Source of the DNA: Candidatus Obscuribacterales bacterium
Lineage (GTDB): Bacteria; Cyanobacteriota; Vampirovibrionia; Obscuribacterales; Obscuribacteraceae
Direction: 5' to 3'
Length of the DNA stretch: 64,000 nt
NCBI GenBank assembly: GCA_965228855.1
Contig: CBDDIJ010000003.1
Coordinates: forward strand, 768,001 to 832,000
Both the position numbers and the translations under genes were made by a program. The notes under the pieces are model-generated. The model searched no databases. It was not told the DNA's origin and saw nothing but the letters and a program-made list of their open reading frames with translations. Below, in pieces: positions 20,295 to 30,789 of this stretch; the stretch's first letter is position 1; each line of letters begins with the position of its first letter.

Positions 20295-20742
20295 GCAATC
20301 CACCAGAGTGTAGGGCGGCAGTATCGAATTATTCCATGCGAAAACAGTGCGGACGAAAACTCGTCCGCTTTCGATACCGATCGCGAGTCGCGCCACGGGA
20401 TGCCCGGTCCGATGTCGTGCCAGGTGACATGCGTTCCAGCCAAAATAGTATCAGAGAATTAGCTCGTCAATTGCTCATTCAAGCGATGCGGGAGGGTGAT
20501 TTTCTTGCAAGGCTGTCAAGTGGTTTGATTTCACAGTGTTTTTGAAATTGACCGCCATCTTCGATTTTGGCTTTAGTATCGAAACCGCAACATCGGAGAC
20601 GCCCCTTCATGTGCCGTATGGGGGGCGTACGCGAAAGCCGACGATCACAATTCAGGGAAATCGATTTGACGGCCAGCTCGGGGTGGTCTGACTGGCGGTT
20701 TACCCGTTCTGTCTTGTAAGGTTTTGCGGAAACCTCTCTCTG

Positions 20743-21543
20743 CTATTTCAAGTTATGCAAAATAGTTGTCATTTTGCTCCACGCATCGTCGCGGGCCGCG
20801 CGATCGGGTTCTTTCGCATCCGGGGATTCGCCACTGCGCATGAAACCATGACCGGCGTCCTTATAAATCTTGGGGGAAAATGTTTTCGATGCATCTTTCA
20901 TCTTTGTGATGGTATCGTCAACGGTGCTGGTGACGCGATTGTCATTCTCCCCGTAAAATCCATAAACCGGTGCTTCGATTTTGTCGACTTCTTCGAGGCT
21001 CGCATTCGGATTTCCGTAAAAAACTAATCCTGCTTTTAAACCCTTGAGACTGGTCATCGCAAGCCATGTTTGCGTGCCACCCCAGCAGAATCCGGCGGCA
21101 GCGATCGTTCCACTAGCCGATGGCAAATGCTTACCGTACTCTAAAACTGCTGCCATATCCGCAGATAGCTGTTCACGTGGAAGAGCGGAAACCGCCTTTC
21201 GAACTTCATCCACGCTTTTGTAGTTTGCTGTTTCTTCACCTGGTTTTCCGGAAAGAAAATCCGGAGCGATTGCAATAAAGCCGTTTTTAGCTAGCTCGTC
21301 GCAGACTTCGCGAACCCAGTCACTCAATCCGAAGATCTCATGGATAACTAGTACAACGGTCGCTTTTCCCTTGATTTCCGGATATGCGACAAAGCATTTT
21401 ATCTTGCGATCATTGCGGTTCACCTCCACCCATTCGAGATGGCGGGGGGATTTTTCAAGTTTTTCCCGCGCCCAATCTTGGGCGTTGGCAGCAGGGCAAA
21501 AAAGCAGGTTCAGCAGAATCGCGAAAGTAATAATCCTTGTCAC
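20743..21543 (-). CDS. Secreted dienelactone hydrolase-family protein
   Basis: HEIFGL, IAPD, GFCWGG nucleophile, GENDNRV, AGHGF; likely GTG start 21543 after AGAGGA; signal peptide ending ANA. Confidence 0.88.
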   Translation of the reverse strand: MTRIITFAILLNLLFCPAANAQDWAREKLEKSPRHLEWVEVNRNDRKIKCFVAYPEIKGKATVVLVIHEIFGLSDWVREVCDELAKNGFIAIAPDFLSGKPGEETANYKSVDEVRKAVSALPREQLSADMAAVLEYGKHLPSASGTIAAAGFCWGGTQTWLAMTSLKGLKAGLVFYGNPNASLEEVDKIEAPVYGFYGENDNRVTSTVDDTITKMKDASKTFSPKIYKDAGHGFMRSGESPDAKEPDRAARDDAWSKMTTILHNLK

Positions 21544-21631
21544 AGGCAATCCTCTAGTCATGGATGAAAAAGCAGTTTGACAGTATACTTTTGATGCTCT
21601 AAGTTGTGCAATAATTGAATCTCTTTCGACA

Positions 21632-22093
21632 ATGAAAATTTGGGTTGATGCAGATGCCTGTCCCGGAGCCGTCAAAGACATAATTGTCACTGCGGCTCAT
21701 CGTCGCAAGGTCGAAACAGTTTTTGTCGCGAATAAGCTGATAGTTGTACCAACCTCCCCGATGATATCGGCGATCCAGGTTGATATGTCGCCTGATGCGG
21801 CTGACCGGCTAATCGAATCTCGTGCGGTGAAGGGAGATCTTGTCATAACACAAGACATTCCACTTGCTCATGCGCTTGTTCAGAATTCGGTGACCGTAAT
21901 CAATCCTCGAGGTGAAGCGTTCACTCCGGAAAACATCGGAGAGCGCCTCTCTATGCGTAATTTGATGCAGGACGTGCGCGACGCTGGCGAGCTTACAGGT
22001 GGACCGAAAGCATTTGGCGATAAGGAAAAACGCGCGTTCGCGTCGATGTTTGATAAGGAATTGACGAGGCTGTTGCGAGCGTCCAGTGTATGA
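21632..22093 (+). CDS. YaiI/YqxD (DUF188) family protein
   Basis: MKIWVDADACP, DAAD, GDLVITQDIPLA, NPRG, NIGERLSMR. Confidence 0.92.
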   Translation: MKIWVDADACPGAVKDIIVTAAHRRKVETVFVANKLIVVPTSPMISAIQVDMSPDAADRLIESRAVKGDLVITQDIPLAHALVQNSVTVINPRGEAFTPENIGERLSMRNLMQDVRDAGELTGGPKAFGDKEKRAFASMFDKELTRLLRASSV

Positions 22094-24042
22094 CCGGCCT
22101 CAATTTTCCACAAATGTGTTCAGAAGTTTGGAGTATCAGGAAGTCCAGCGCTAAAGTAATCTTAGTCGGCGGTTCAATAGTTTGGTACCACTTATGTGCG
22201 CCGCCGGTGGTGGCACATGAAGCGATGCCGAACACCTGCGACATCGGAGGAGATAGCTTAATTCAACGTCAGCTGACTCGTGTCAGGGACAGACCATCTG
22301 CCGGCATCGGCATCATTGATAGGCGTTTACAGCAACTCGACAGCGGTCAGGCACGCGTGTCGCCGGGTGACTGGCGCACGGATTTCAGTGATTACTCCGC
22401 TATTTTTGCGCCAGTCAGTCAAAAGACTCTCACAAGACTTGAACATTGCCGCTTGTATAACTATCGAGGTGTGGTTGACACGAATGGGAAACAGTTTAAC
22501 CAGGCCGAGAAGGACTTTCGGAAGGCACTTACCTTTTGCAATCGTTATTCGAATACGTGGTCGAATCTTGGTGTGATCATGCACAAATTGCACAAAACAA
22601 AGGAAGCGTTCGAGTGCATCAATACCGCAATATCCATCAATCCCAGGTGCACAAGTGCATGGAAAGCAAAGTCGGACCTTGAAAAGGCATGCAATCAAAT
22701 AGCTGAGGCAAAGGCTTCTGCTGCGGAATTTTCCAGAGTGAACCTGCAAAACAAGAAGGACGGTCTCGATCCTGAACTTATGGATCTGGCAGCCTTTGTT
22801 CAGACGGAGCTGGAGAAACTTCCTCCTACAGCTTCATCCTGCGCCGCTGTTGGATTGTTGCACTGGAACCATTTGCGTTTCGACCAGGCAGAGATGTATT
22901 ACAAAAAGGGCATGGCGTGCAAGCCTGCAAATTTTTTGCCTGTTTACAATTTAGGTCGGTTACAGAGTTGGCGTGGAAAAAATCGAGAGGCCCTGCAATT
23001 GTACGATCAGGCTATCGCAATTGATGGTTCGGTGGCTCTACCATATTTTCAAAAAGCAAATTCATTCAAAATCTTGAAGAGCTACGATGGCGCAATTGCA
23101 AATTTCACTGAGTTTCTCAAGCTGTACAAATTCTCCAACAACATGCGAGCGAAAGGCTACGTACTGAGATCCGAATGTTATGGTGAGCGCAAACAGTTTG
23201 AACGCGGGCTCCAGGACTTGAAGATGGTCGATGGTTTGAACTGCAGTGATGAGTTGCGGGCAAACAGTTCGTTGCGGCGCGCGCAGTTTTTAAACAAACT
23301 GGGTCGCAAGAAGGAAGCGCTTGCGGAGTACGATAAGGCGATTTCTATCGCACCGAATGCTCCGGTTCTGCTGAAGGAGCGTGGAGAATTGGCAGCGTCC
23401 CTCGGCGAATATGAAGAGGGAATGATGGACTTGAGTAAGTCCATGCAGCAGGTAGAGTCTTCAAAGCGAGCTGAGATTGCTCCGCCGTCACAGAAGCAGC
23501 TAGCTGACACGATTGCGGAGCAGAGCAAGTTGATCAGGCTTGCGCCGAAATCGGAATCTTTGTACTACGATCGCGGGCTTTTGCGACTTATGTCGGGCGA
23601 TTATTCTGCTGCTGTTTCCGATTTAAAAACGGTGCTGAAGTTGAACAAAGAGCCGTCGCAAACAGCGGACGCAGCGGTTTGTTTTACGGTGATTGGATTG
23701 AACCTGAGCAACAGGGGAATTGAGGTGAAGCCGCTCGTCATGAGCTATGTGCGCGGGCGAAAGGGACCGTTCTCGCCTGCTCTCGAGTACATTGGGGGCC
23801 GCACTGAGTTGCAGAAGGCGATCGACCGATTGCGCACAAACGACGAGAAGACACGAGGCTACGCAATTCTTGGGTTGCATGAGTATTCGCTCGGGCACTA
23901 TGCTAACTCTCAAAAGCTCTTGAACTGGGTAAGTCTGAACGGGAATGTCAGTGCCGACGAGTATCCTCTGGCCATCTCTTATCAAAAGAAGTGTCAGGCA
24001 AAACTCGATGGCAAAACGAGCAAGAAACCGAAGAGTCTCTGA
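22090..24042 (+). CDS. Tetratricopeptide-repeat protein
   Basis: Multiple TPR-like units (YNYRG..., WSNLG..., YYDRG...); ATGA overlap with the upstream gene; true start uncertain. Confidence 0.8.
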   Translation: MTGLNFPQMCSEVWSIRKSSAKVILVGGSIVWYHLCAPPVVAHEAMPNTCDIGGDSLIQRQLTRVRDRPSAGIGIIDRRLQQLDSGQARVSPGDWRTDFSDYSAIFAPVSQKTLTRLEHCRLYNYRGVVDTNGKQFNQAEKDFRKALTFCNRYSNTWSNLGVIMHKLHKTKEAFECINTAISINPRCTSAWKAKSDLEKACNQIAEAKASAAEFSRVNLQNKKDGLDPELMDLAAFVQTELEKLPPTASSCAAVGLLHWNHLRFDQAEMYYKKGMACKPANFLPVYNLGRLQSWRGKNREALQLYDQAIAIDGSVALPYFQKANSFKILKSYDGAIANFTEFLKLYKFSNNMRAKGYVLRSECYGERKQFERGLQDLKMVDGLNCSDELRANSSLRRAQFLNKLGRKKEALAEYDKAISIAPNAPVLLKERGELAASLGEYEEGMMDLSKSMQQVESSKRAEIAPPSQKQLADTIAEQSKLIRLAPKSESLYYDRGLLRLMSGDYSAAVSDLKTVLKLNKEPSQTADAAVCFTVIGLNLSNRGIEVKPLVMSYVRGRKGPFSPALEYIGGRTELQKAIDRLRTNDEKTRGYAILGLHEYSLGHYANSQKLLNWVSLNGNVSADEYPLAISYQKKCQAKLDGKTSKKPKSL

Positions 24043-24159
24043 GTCCGATCGTTGCCGATGGATACGTACTTGGCGCAAATTCCAACGCTGAAGCTGTCGA
24101 AAACTCAGCGTTCATTTGTGGATATTTTTCAACGCCTCATTATAGATTCGTTTGAGGAG

Positions 24160-24462
24160 TCAACTGCTCGATGCAAAACTACTAAAGATTCTAGACAGCA
24201 ATGATTGAGATGCGGATTTTTTTGCGCAGGCATTTATTGTAATCAACCGTCCTTTAATCTTGGAGTCTCTGGCTATTTCCATTGCACTTAACGCCACGGC
24301 CCGAGAACAGAATCCGACGAATGCAAATCCCTTCGGTCTTCCCGATTTTGAATCAACGATTATTTCAACATCACAATCGAATCCCAGCGATTTGAACAAG
24401 GCTATAAGCTCGGAATCAACACTATCGAGAGGTAGATTGCCAATTAATAACCGATTACTCAT
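24160..24462 (-). CDS. RRM RNA-binding protein (Rbp-like)
   Basis: RNP2 LLIGNL and RNP1 KGFAFVGF; SGRPKG linker. Confidence 0.85.
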   Translation of the reverse strand: MSNRLLIGNLPLDSVDSELIALFKSLGFDCDVEIIVDSKSGRPKGFAFVGFCSRAVALSAMEIARDSKIKGRLITINACAKKSASQSLLSRIFSSFASSS

Positions 24463-24777
24463 TACAAAAAAACCTGCATGCGAAATACAAACTCACCTGC
24501 AATCCAATGCTAAATGCGGATTGCAAACTTGCGCAAGTATGCAAATAGTATACATTTGCAATGCGTATCCTGTCAAATGTTGACGAGTATCGACATCTTG
24601 GAGCCATTGCCACGTCCGAAGTTAGGTTCCAATGGTTGTTTTCAAGGATCTACTTGCGAAACTCTGCAAGTGCTAATATAATGGACTCAATTCTTTTATT
24701 CCCGAATTCAAGAGACGATGGAAATTTGCCCCGTCGTCTCTTGGATTTTATCCCCCGCTAGAAACTGTGGGTGCAGC

Positions 24778-25113
24778 ATGAAGTCCATTCACCAAAAGAC
24801 AGATAAGTTACGCCAATTCCAGTCTGCTTTTTTTAAGGCACTTTCGAGCCCGGTGCGTATTGCGATTCTCGAGGAGCTGAGGGGGGGCGAAAAATCAGTA
24901 ACCGAGCTCAAAGCAAAATTGCAACTTGATTCCACCAATGTTTCACAGCAACTCGCAGTTCTCAAAGCTGAGCACATTGTGACAGGAGAACGACGTGGAG
25001 CGAATATTTTTTACAGCTGTACCGACCAAGCTATCTTCTTCTTGTTAGACGCTTCGAAGGTCGTGTTTCACAATCAGCTTGAGAGCATCGAAAAGCTTCT
25101 TAAAAGCACATAA
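24778..25113 (+). CDS. ArsR/SmtB-family transcriptional regulator
   Basis: FFKALSSPVRIAILEEL..GEKSVTEL..SQQLAVLK..RRGANIFYS; likely ATG at 24778. Confidence 0.9.
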   Translation: MKSIHQKTDKLRQFQSAFFKALSSPVRIAILEELRGGEKSVTELKAKLQLDSTNVSQQLAVLKAEHIVTGERRGANIFYSCTDQAIFFLLDASKVVFHNQLESIEKLLKST

Positions 25114-25351
25114 GTGTGTGGTTTCGAATTTTAGGCTTAGAAGAATTCCGGTTTCTATTCCACTTGACGCCCGCTGCAAATTTCGTTAGCTAGCGGCTTG
25201 CAACGCATAGAATTTCGTTTTTAGCGAAGGGATTGCGTCGAAGGGCGCGGATAGTGCCAGACACTGACAAACCGAACTAGTCATGCTATAAGCAGTGAAC
25301 AGGTGCAGGAATTGCTTACAGTGGAACGCTGGATTTACGAACAATAAGCGC

Positions 25352-26671
25352 ATGAGTGGCGTCGCCTCCGATAAGAAAATCGCGATAGTGGGTGCAGGTC
25401 CCGTTGGGATCAGCGTAGCGCGTGCATTGAAGATGCATGGTATCGACTACGATCAGTTTGAGGCTGGTAGCGCAGTTGGTGGCAATTGGCGACATGGCGT
25501 TTATCATACTGCGCATATAATTTCGTCCAAGAAAACGACGGAATATCCTGATTATCCCATGCCAGCGGACTATCCTGACTTCCCCAGTGCAGCTCAAATG
25601 CTTTCGTATTTAGAAGGCTATGTCGCGCACTACGGCTTGGATGAAAGCATCACCTTTGGCACTGAAGTCACGTCTGTTGCTCCTGCCGAAAACGATTTAT
25701 GGGAGCTAGAGCTTAGTATCGCGGGTAGTTGCATGGGAAATATTGCTGACTCTCCGGAAAGCGAGTCTCGAATTTCTGAGAAGCGGTGTTATGAGGGCGT
25801 GGTAATTTGCAATGGACATCATTGGGATCAGCGTTGGCCAATGTACCCTGGTGAATTTTCCGGAGAGATGATTCATTCCAAGGACTACAAGCATCCAGAT
25901 CAGTTGCGGGGAAAACGGGTTCTTGTTATTGGCGGGGGGAACTCCGCATGTGACATCGCCTCGGAGGCTGCCAGGGTTGCAAAAAGCTCTCATCTCAGTT
26001 TGCGGCGTGGATATTGGTTTATGCCAAAAACGTTTTACGGTGTTCCTACTGCGGAGTTGCTGACGACCTGGATGCCGGTGTGGATGCAGCGCATTCACCT
26101 GGAGCTTTTGGTAAAAATCGCAGTAGGCGACTATCGAGAATATGGGCTAATGAAGCCCGACCATAAGATCTTCGACCATCATCCGACAATCAATACCGAA
26201 CTTCTTCATTATCTGAAGCATGGACGTATTCAGCCTCATCCGGATGTTAAGTCGTTCAACGGTAACACGGTTGAATTTGTTGACGGTGCCCAGGACGATT
26301 TCGATTTGATCATTTGCGCCACAGGATTTCATGTCTCTATTCCTTTTCTTGCACCGGATGTGGTGACTATTAAGGGACCGGTGGTTGAGGCGCATTGGGA
26401 GATGGTCGCTCCTCGTCACAGGCAGCTGTATGTTTTTGGATGGGGTCAGGCTCGTTATGGCTTCGGACCGCTTTTGACTCCTGCGAGTGAGCTTCTTGCT
26501 GATCTGATTTTGATGCAACGTCGGCTATCGCATCCGCTCGGCGAAGTTCTAACCAAGCTTCGGCAGCCCTTGCCTAAAAGTCATCTTCTCGACCCGATGG
26601 AAGCCCTGCGCCGGATCAAAAGGGTGCGCAGGGTGATGTGGATGCTGCCGATTATTGATCGTCTAATTTAG
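25352..26671 (+). CDS. Flavin-containing monooxygenase (FMO-like)
   Basis: GAGPVG, GGNW, FSGEMIHSKDYK (FxGxxxHxxxY), GGGNSACD, CATGF. Confidence 0.9.
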   Translation: MSGVASDKKIAIVGAGPVGISVARALKMHGIDYDQFEAGSAVGGNWRHGVYHTAHIISSKKTTEYPDYPMPADYPDFPSAAQMLSYLEGYVAHYGLDESITFGTEVTSVAPAENDLWELELSIAGSCMGNIADSPESESRISEKRCYEGVVICNGHHWDQRWPMYPGEFSGEMIHSKDYKHPDQLRGKRVLVIGGGNSACDIASEAARVAKSSHLSLRRGYWFMPKTFYGVPTAELLTTWMPVWMQRIHLELLVKIAVGDYREYGLMKPDHKIFDHHPTINTELLHYLKHGRIQPHPDVKSFNGNTVEFVDGAQDDFDLIICATGFHVSIPFLAPDVVTIKGPVVEAHWEMVAPRHRQLYVFGWGQARYGFGPLLTPASELLADLILMQRRLSHPLGEVLTKLRQPLPKSHLLDPMEALRRIKRVRRVMWMLPIIDRLI

Positions 26672-26730
26672 CGCCATTTCGTTCTACCTGGTTCGGTCTA
26701 CGGATCGAAGGGCGTGAACGCGGAGTATCG

Positions 26731-27600
26731 CTAGTCTCGTAATGCTCGCTTCATAAGGCGCTCGCTGCGGTCTTTCGCAGCTTTGCTAATAAATCTCCAG
26801 AATACATTCGGCAGGTGCCGTTTAAACCGCCAGAGTATGATGGCGTCACGTGGCATGACCACGTAAAGATGATTCTCGCTCACTTTTCGCAGTGTCGCTG
26901 AAGCGACTGCTTCCGCGGAGAGTTTTGAGTCGTTGACGAACAACTGCGCGAGTTTATTATCTTCTACAGAGCCAAGTGCATCGTTCCCGATATTCGTCCG
27001 AACATAGGTTGGCATCAACACCGAGACACCAATCGCGTCATCACAGAGTTCTGCGCGCAATGTTTCGCTCAATGCAACGACGCCGGCCTTGGCAGTGTTA
27101 TAGGCGGACATTCTGGGCGCTGTGACAAATGCGGCCGCACTCGCCACATTGAGAATGTGGCCATTCCCCTGGCTCTTCATAATCGGAACGAATAGATGGC
27201 AGCCGTTTACGACCCCCATTAGATTCACGTCGATTACTTTTCGGAAATCTCTTATAGTCATTTCGTGGAGATAGCCACCGCATCCGATACCAGCGTTGTT
27301 AATACCAACATCGATACCACCGTGCCGCCTCTGGAAATCATTCACGGCCTCAGCAAATTGCTCGTAATTCGAGACGTCGAAAGTGTATGAGATTGCCTCG
27401 CCGCCGGCAGTAAGAACCGCCTTTACCGCGTCGCTCAATCGCTGCTCATCGATATCAGTGAGTGCCAGTTTCCAGTTGCCCCTTGCCAAATCGGTAGCAA
27501 ATGCGAGTCCAAGCCCACTGCCCGCTCCGGTTATGAAGGCGCGCTTGCCGGGAAACCTCCTGGCTAGCTTGTCGAGATATCGGCTTGAGCTATTTTGCAA
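26731..27600 (-). CDS. Short-chain dehydrogenase/reductase
   Basis: TGAGSGLG, NNAG, YNTAK. Confidence 0.92.
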   Translation of the reverse strand: MQNSSSRYLDKLARRFPGKRAFITGAGSGLGLAFATDLARGNWKLALTDIDEQRLSDAVKAVLTAGGEAISYTFDVSNYEQFAEAVNDFQRRHGGIDVGINNAGIGCGGYLHEMTIRDFRKVIDVNLMGVVNGCHLFVPIMKSQGNGHILNVASAAAFVTAPRMSAYNTAKAGVVALSETLRAELCDDAIGVSVLMPTYVRTNIGNDALGSVEDNKLAQLFVNDSKLSAEAVASATLRKVSENHLYVVMPRDAIILWRFKRHLPNVFWRFISKAAKDRSERLMKRALRD

Positions 27601-27826
27601 TTCGATGTCCTGTTGGGCAGGCGGCAGAAAACTGTTACTAGTATGCCGCGCTATCAGGTGTCTGGAGACCGAATCGCGAGCGGCGTAACTTAAAATGCTC
27701 TTATTTACCCTGGCAAATCGACATCAATCAATTCGCATTCCTATAACCTAGTGCCGTGAGCTCGTAGCTGATAGGCTACGCAATTGCTCAATCGTTTAGC
27801 GCTGTACCTATTTTGGAGACGAAAAG

Positions 27827-29437
27827 ATGTTCAGGCGAATGCTGGTTTCAACGATGGCACTGCTGATGGTGCTACTGATTCTTTCACCGCAGGCGGCGCT
27901 TTGCGCTTCAGGGGACAAGCCGAACATCGTGTTTATCATGGGCGATGATATTGGCTGGTTCAATGTTGGCGCGTACAACCAGGGCATTATGGCTGGTAAG
28001 ACTCCCCATATCGATAAGTTGGCATCGGAGGGACTGAGATTTACCGATTACTATGCCGAAGCCAGTTGCACCGCCGGCAGAGCCAACTTCATAACCGGCC
28101 AACTACCGATCAGGACCGGTATGACCACAGTCGGTCAGGCCGGCGCCGCTGTCGGCATACCGGCCCAAGCCGTCACGATAGCCGCGGCCTTGAAAGGTAT
28201 GGGTTATACGACAGGTCAGTTCGGCAAGAATCACCTTGGCGATTTGAATAGGTTCTTACCCACGGTTCATGGATTTGATGAATTCTTTGGTTACTTGTAT
28301 CACCTTGATGCAATGGAAGATCCAGCCCACAGAAATTATCCGCAAGAACTTGTCGCAACCGTTGGTCCGCGCAACATGATTCACTCCTGGGCAACCGACA
28401 CGAATGATCCTACGGAGCAACCTCGCTGGGGCGTGGTTGGCAAGCAAAAAATTGAGGACGCCGGTCAACTTTATCCAAAGCGAATGGAAACAGTTGATGA
28501 TGAGATTCTCGAGAAGTCGCTGGCATTTATGGACAAGTCACGTAAAGATGGTAAGCCCTTCTTCGTCTGGTTGAATCCAACGAGAATGCACGTTGTTACG
28601 CATTTGTCGGAAAAGTACGATTCGATGCGTAACTCGAAGAACGGTTGGTCAGTACAGGAAGCCGGAATGGCGCAACTTGACGATATTGTCGGATCTGTCA
28701 TGAAATATCTGAAGGACAATGGTATCGATGACAATACCATCGTTGCGTTCACCACTGACAATGGTGCGGAGAACTTCACCTGGCCGGACGGCGGACAAAC
28801 ACCATTTGCAGGTGGTAAAGGAACGGCTCTGGAAGGAGGTTTCCGTGTTCCTGCAATAGTGCGCTGGCCCGGAAAGATTCCAGCCGGCCGTGTAGAGAAT
28901 GGTATCTTTAGCGGTCTCGATTGGTTTCCAACGCTTGTGTCAATGGCAGGAAATCCAAACATAAAAGATGAACTAAAGAAGGGCAAACTAATCGGTGATA
29001 CCACTTTTAAAGTGCACCTTGATGGCTACGATCAAACACCTTTGCTTACCGGAACCGGTCCTTCAAATCGTCACGAAGTCTTCTACTTCACCGAAGGTAC
29101 GTTGAGTGCGGTGCGTTTAAACGATTACAAATATCGCTTTACCGACCAGCCGAATGGTTGGCTGGGTGCCACTGAAAAAGTGGATTGGCCCATTCTGACC
29201 AATCTGCGACTCGATCCTTTTGAGCGCACTGGAAATCCAAGCAGTCGTGGTGGTTCTCTTGGATACGGTGATTGGTTTACCTACGAATTCTGGCGCTTTG
29301 TTTTCGTGCAGCAAGAGGTTGCGAAAACAGCCCAGACATTTATTGAGTTTCCACCTATGCAGAAAGGCGCGTCCTTTAACATGGAATCAATTAAGGAGAA
29401 ACTCTTGAACCGTATCAATGCTGCCCATGGAAATTAG
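27827..29437 (+). CDS. Secreted arylsulfatase (Cys-type)
   Basis: KPNIVFIMGDDIG, SCTAGRA, GKNHLG, TTDNG, EGGFRVP; signal peptide. Confidence 0.92.
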   Translation: MFRRMLVSTMALLMVLLILSPQAALCASGDKPNIVFIMGDDIGWFNVGAYNQGIMAGKTPHIDKLASEGLRFTDYYAEASCTAGRANFITGQLPIRTGMTTVGQAGAAVGIPAQAVTIAAALKGMGYTTGQFGKNHLGDLNRFLPTVHGFDEFFGYLYHLDAMEDPAHRNYPQELVATVGPRNMIHSWATDTNDPTEQPRWGVVGKQKIEDAGQLYPKRMETVDDEILEKSLAFMDKSRKDGKPFFVWLNPTRMHVVTHLSEKYDSMRNSKNGWSVQEAGMAQLDDIVGSVMKYLKDNGIDDNTIVAFTTDNGAENFTWPDGGQTPFAGGKGTALEGGFRVPAIVRWPGKIPAGRVENGIFSGLDWFPTLVSMAGNPNIKDELKKGKLIGDTTFKVHLDGYDQTPLLTGTGPSNRHEVFYFTEGTLSAVRLNDYKYRFTDQPNGWLGATEKVDWPILTNLRLDPFERTGNPSSRGGSLGYGDWFTYEFWRFVFVQQEVAKTAQTFIEFPPMQKGASFNMESIKEKLLNRINAAHGN

Positions 29438-29533
29438 GTGTCGACCCGCTCATACAGTCACGCTTGTCTCAAGCCCGTGAAAATTGAATTCGGGTAAGAG
29501 CTGGTTCGGTTAATATTAATTCGAGCGGCTGGA

Positions 29534-29986
29534 CTAGTCGTTGGCGTCAGCGTTTATGTTCACAAAGGGAACTTTAACTTTCACCTTGCCGCTGTACGGG
29601 TCTTTATTGATATGCACGAACGGCGCATTGACATGGACCTCGCCAGTGTTCTCGTCGCTATCGATAGCTACCCCGGGAGCGCGCACATGAGTGCGAGGGG
29701 GCACTGTGTTGTCGATGCGGCGGTTGTCCAGAGTTACCTCTGCGCCGGGCTCTCCAGCATACTCTGCCGGTGTCTTTGGCTCGACGGTGCGGATTGTTTC
29801 AGTCGTGACGCGCGAATCGCCGGTTTCAGAAACTTCGATTTTGCGGGATTCTCCGTAGCCATCGATGCTGCTGCCGCTGCTTTCAGATGTGGTTTTCGCT
29901 CCTCCACAGGATGCGATGAAAACGCACGCCGCGATAACGGGAACGACCTTCAAAACGAACTTCTCATTGCAATACGTACGCATCAT
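29534..29986 (-). CDS. Small hypothetical lipoprotein with three short beta-repeats
   Basis: Lipobox FIASC; THVRAPGV / VHVNAPFV / VKVKVPFV; GAGG RBS. Confidence 0.7.
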   Translation of the reverse strand: MMRTYCNEKFVLKVVPVIAACVFIASCGGAKTTSESSGSSIDGYGESRKIEVSETGDSRVTTETIRTVEPKTPAEYAGEPGAEVTLDNRRIDNTVPPRTHVRAPGVAIDSDENTGEVHVNAPFVHINKDPYSGKVKVKVPFVNINADAND

Positions 29987-30067
29987 TTACCTCAGCAGTC
30001 GACCTTTCGCCTGTCTTTTAACAATCTAGCGCGATTTGCACAATCGATGCGGCCTGGCTGCGTCAGT

Positions 30068-30664
30068 TCAATCCGGTGCGAATCGCCGGAGCTTCGCCAC
30101 GAACCTCGGGTCTACCATGCAGACGCCATCCGTGCAGGAACTGGAGGCTACCTCCACCAGCAACGATTTTTCATCGGGGAGCAAAGGAATTTTCATTACG
30201 CCGGTTGGCAGAACTCGTGATGGAGTTGCCGCCTTGACTTCCATGACCTGAAGAACTTGCTTGGCGATGCCTGGATCAAGCCATACTGATGCCAGTCGCA
30301 TGCTGCGAACGGCTGTTTCCAAAACAGTCGCAATATTACTTTTGAGCACGTAACCATCGGCTCCGGCATCAAGTGCAGCGAAAATATCCTCCGGCGCGTC
30401 GCTTGCCGTGACTATCAAGATTTTTACGCTCCTGTGTGCAGAGCGAATCTGTTTCGTTAGCTCGATTGCGTCTGTGTCGGAATAACCTAAATCCAGTAAC
30501 GTCACATCGACCGTTTCACCCGTGAGAAAGTTCAAGGCCTCTGCATCATTGACGAGCGCCACGAGCGATAAGTCAGAGAATTGTGCAAAAAACTTCTGCA
30601 ACGCAATTTTGCTGTCAGAGTCACTACCGATGGACAAAACTCGAATCGACATTTCGTTAGACAT
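30068..30664 (-). CDS. NarL-type response regulator receiver domain with atypical C-terminus
   Basis: DVTLLDL, VKILIVT, AGADGYVLK, VWLDPGIAKQVL; no complete LuxR HTH. Confidence 0.8.
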   Translation of the reverse strand: MSNEMSIRVLSIGSDSDSKIALQKFFAQFSDLSLVALVNDAEALNFLTGETVDVTLLDLGYSDTDAIELTKQIRSAHRSVKILIVTASDAPEDIFAALDAGADGYVLKSNIATVLETAVRSMRLASVWLDPGIAKQVLQVMEVKAATPSRVLPTGVMKIPLLPDEKSLLVEVASSSCTDGVCMVDPRFVAKLRRFAPD

Positions 30665-30789
30665 GATTGTTTAGCGTCCAAACAGGAATTCTATTATTTA
30701 GTACCGCATTCTCGCCCCAGTTATATAAACTATATGCGCCGTCGAAGCGTTGAACAGGCTAAACTGTGACTGAGCAAGGGGCATTATGA

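Noticed and set aside
20295..20396. ORF-track N-terminal extension of the giant protein
   Set aside because: The signal peptide fits a start at ATG 20294, so the extension is probably untranslated
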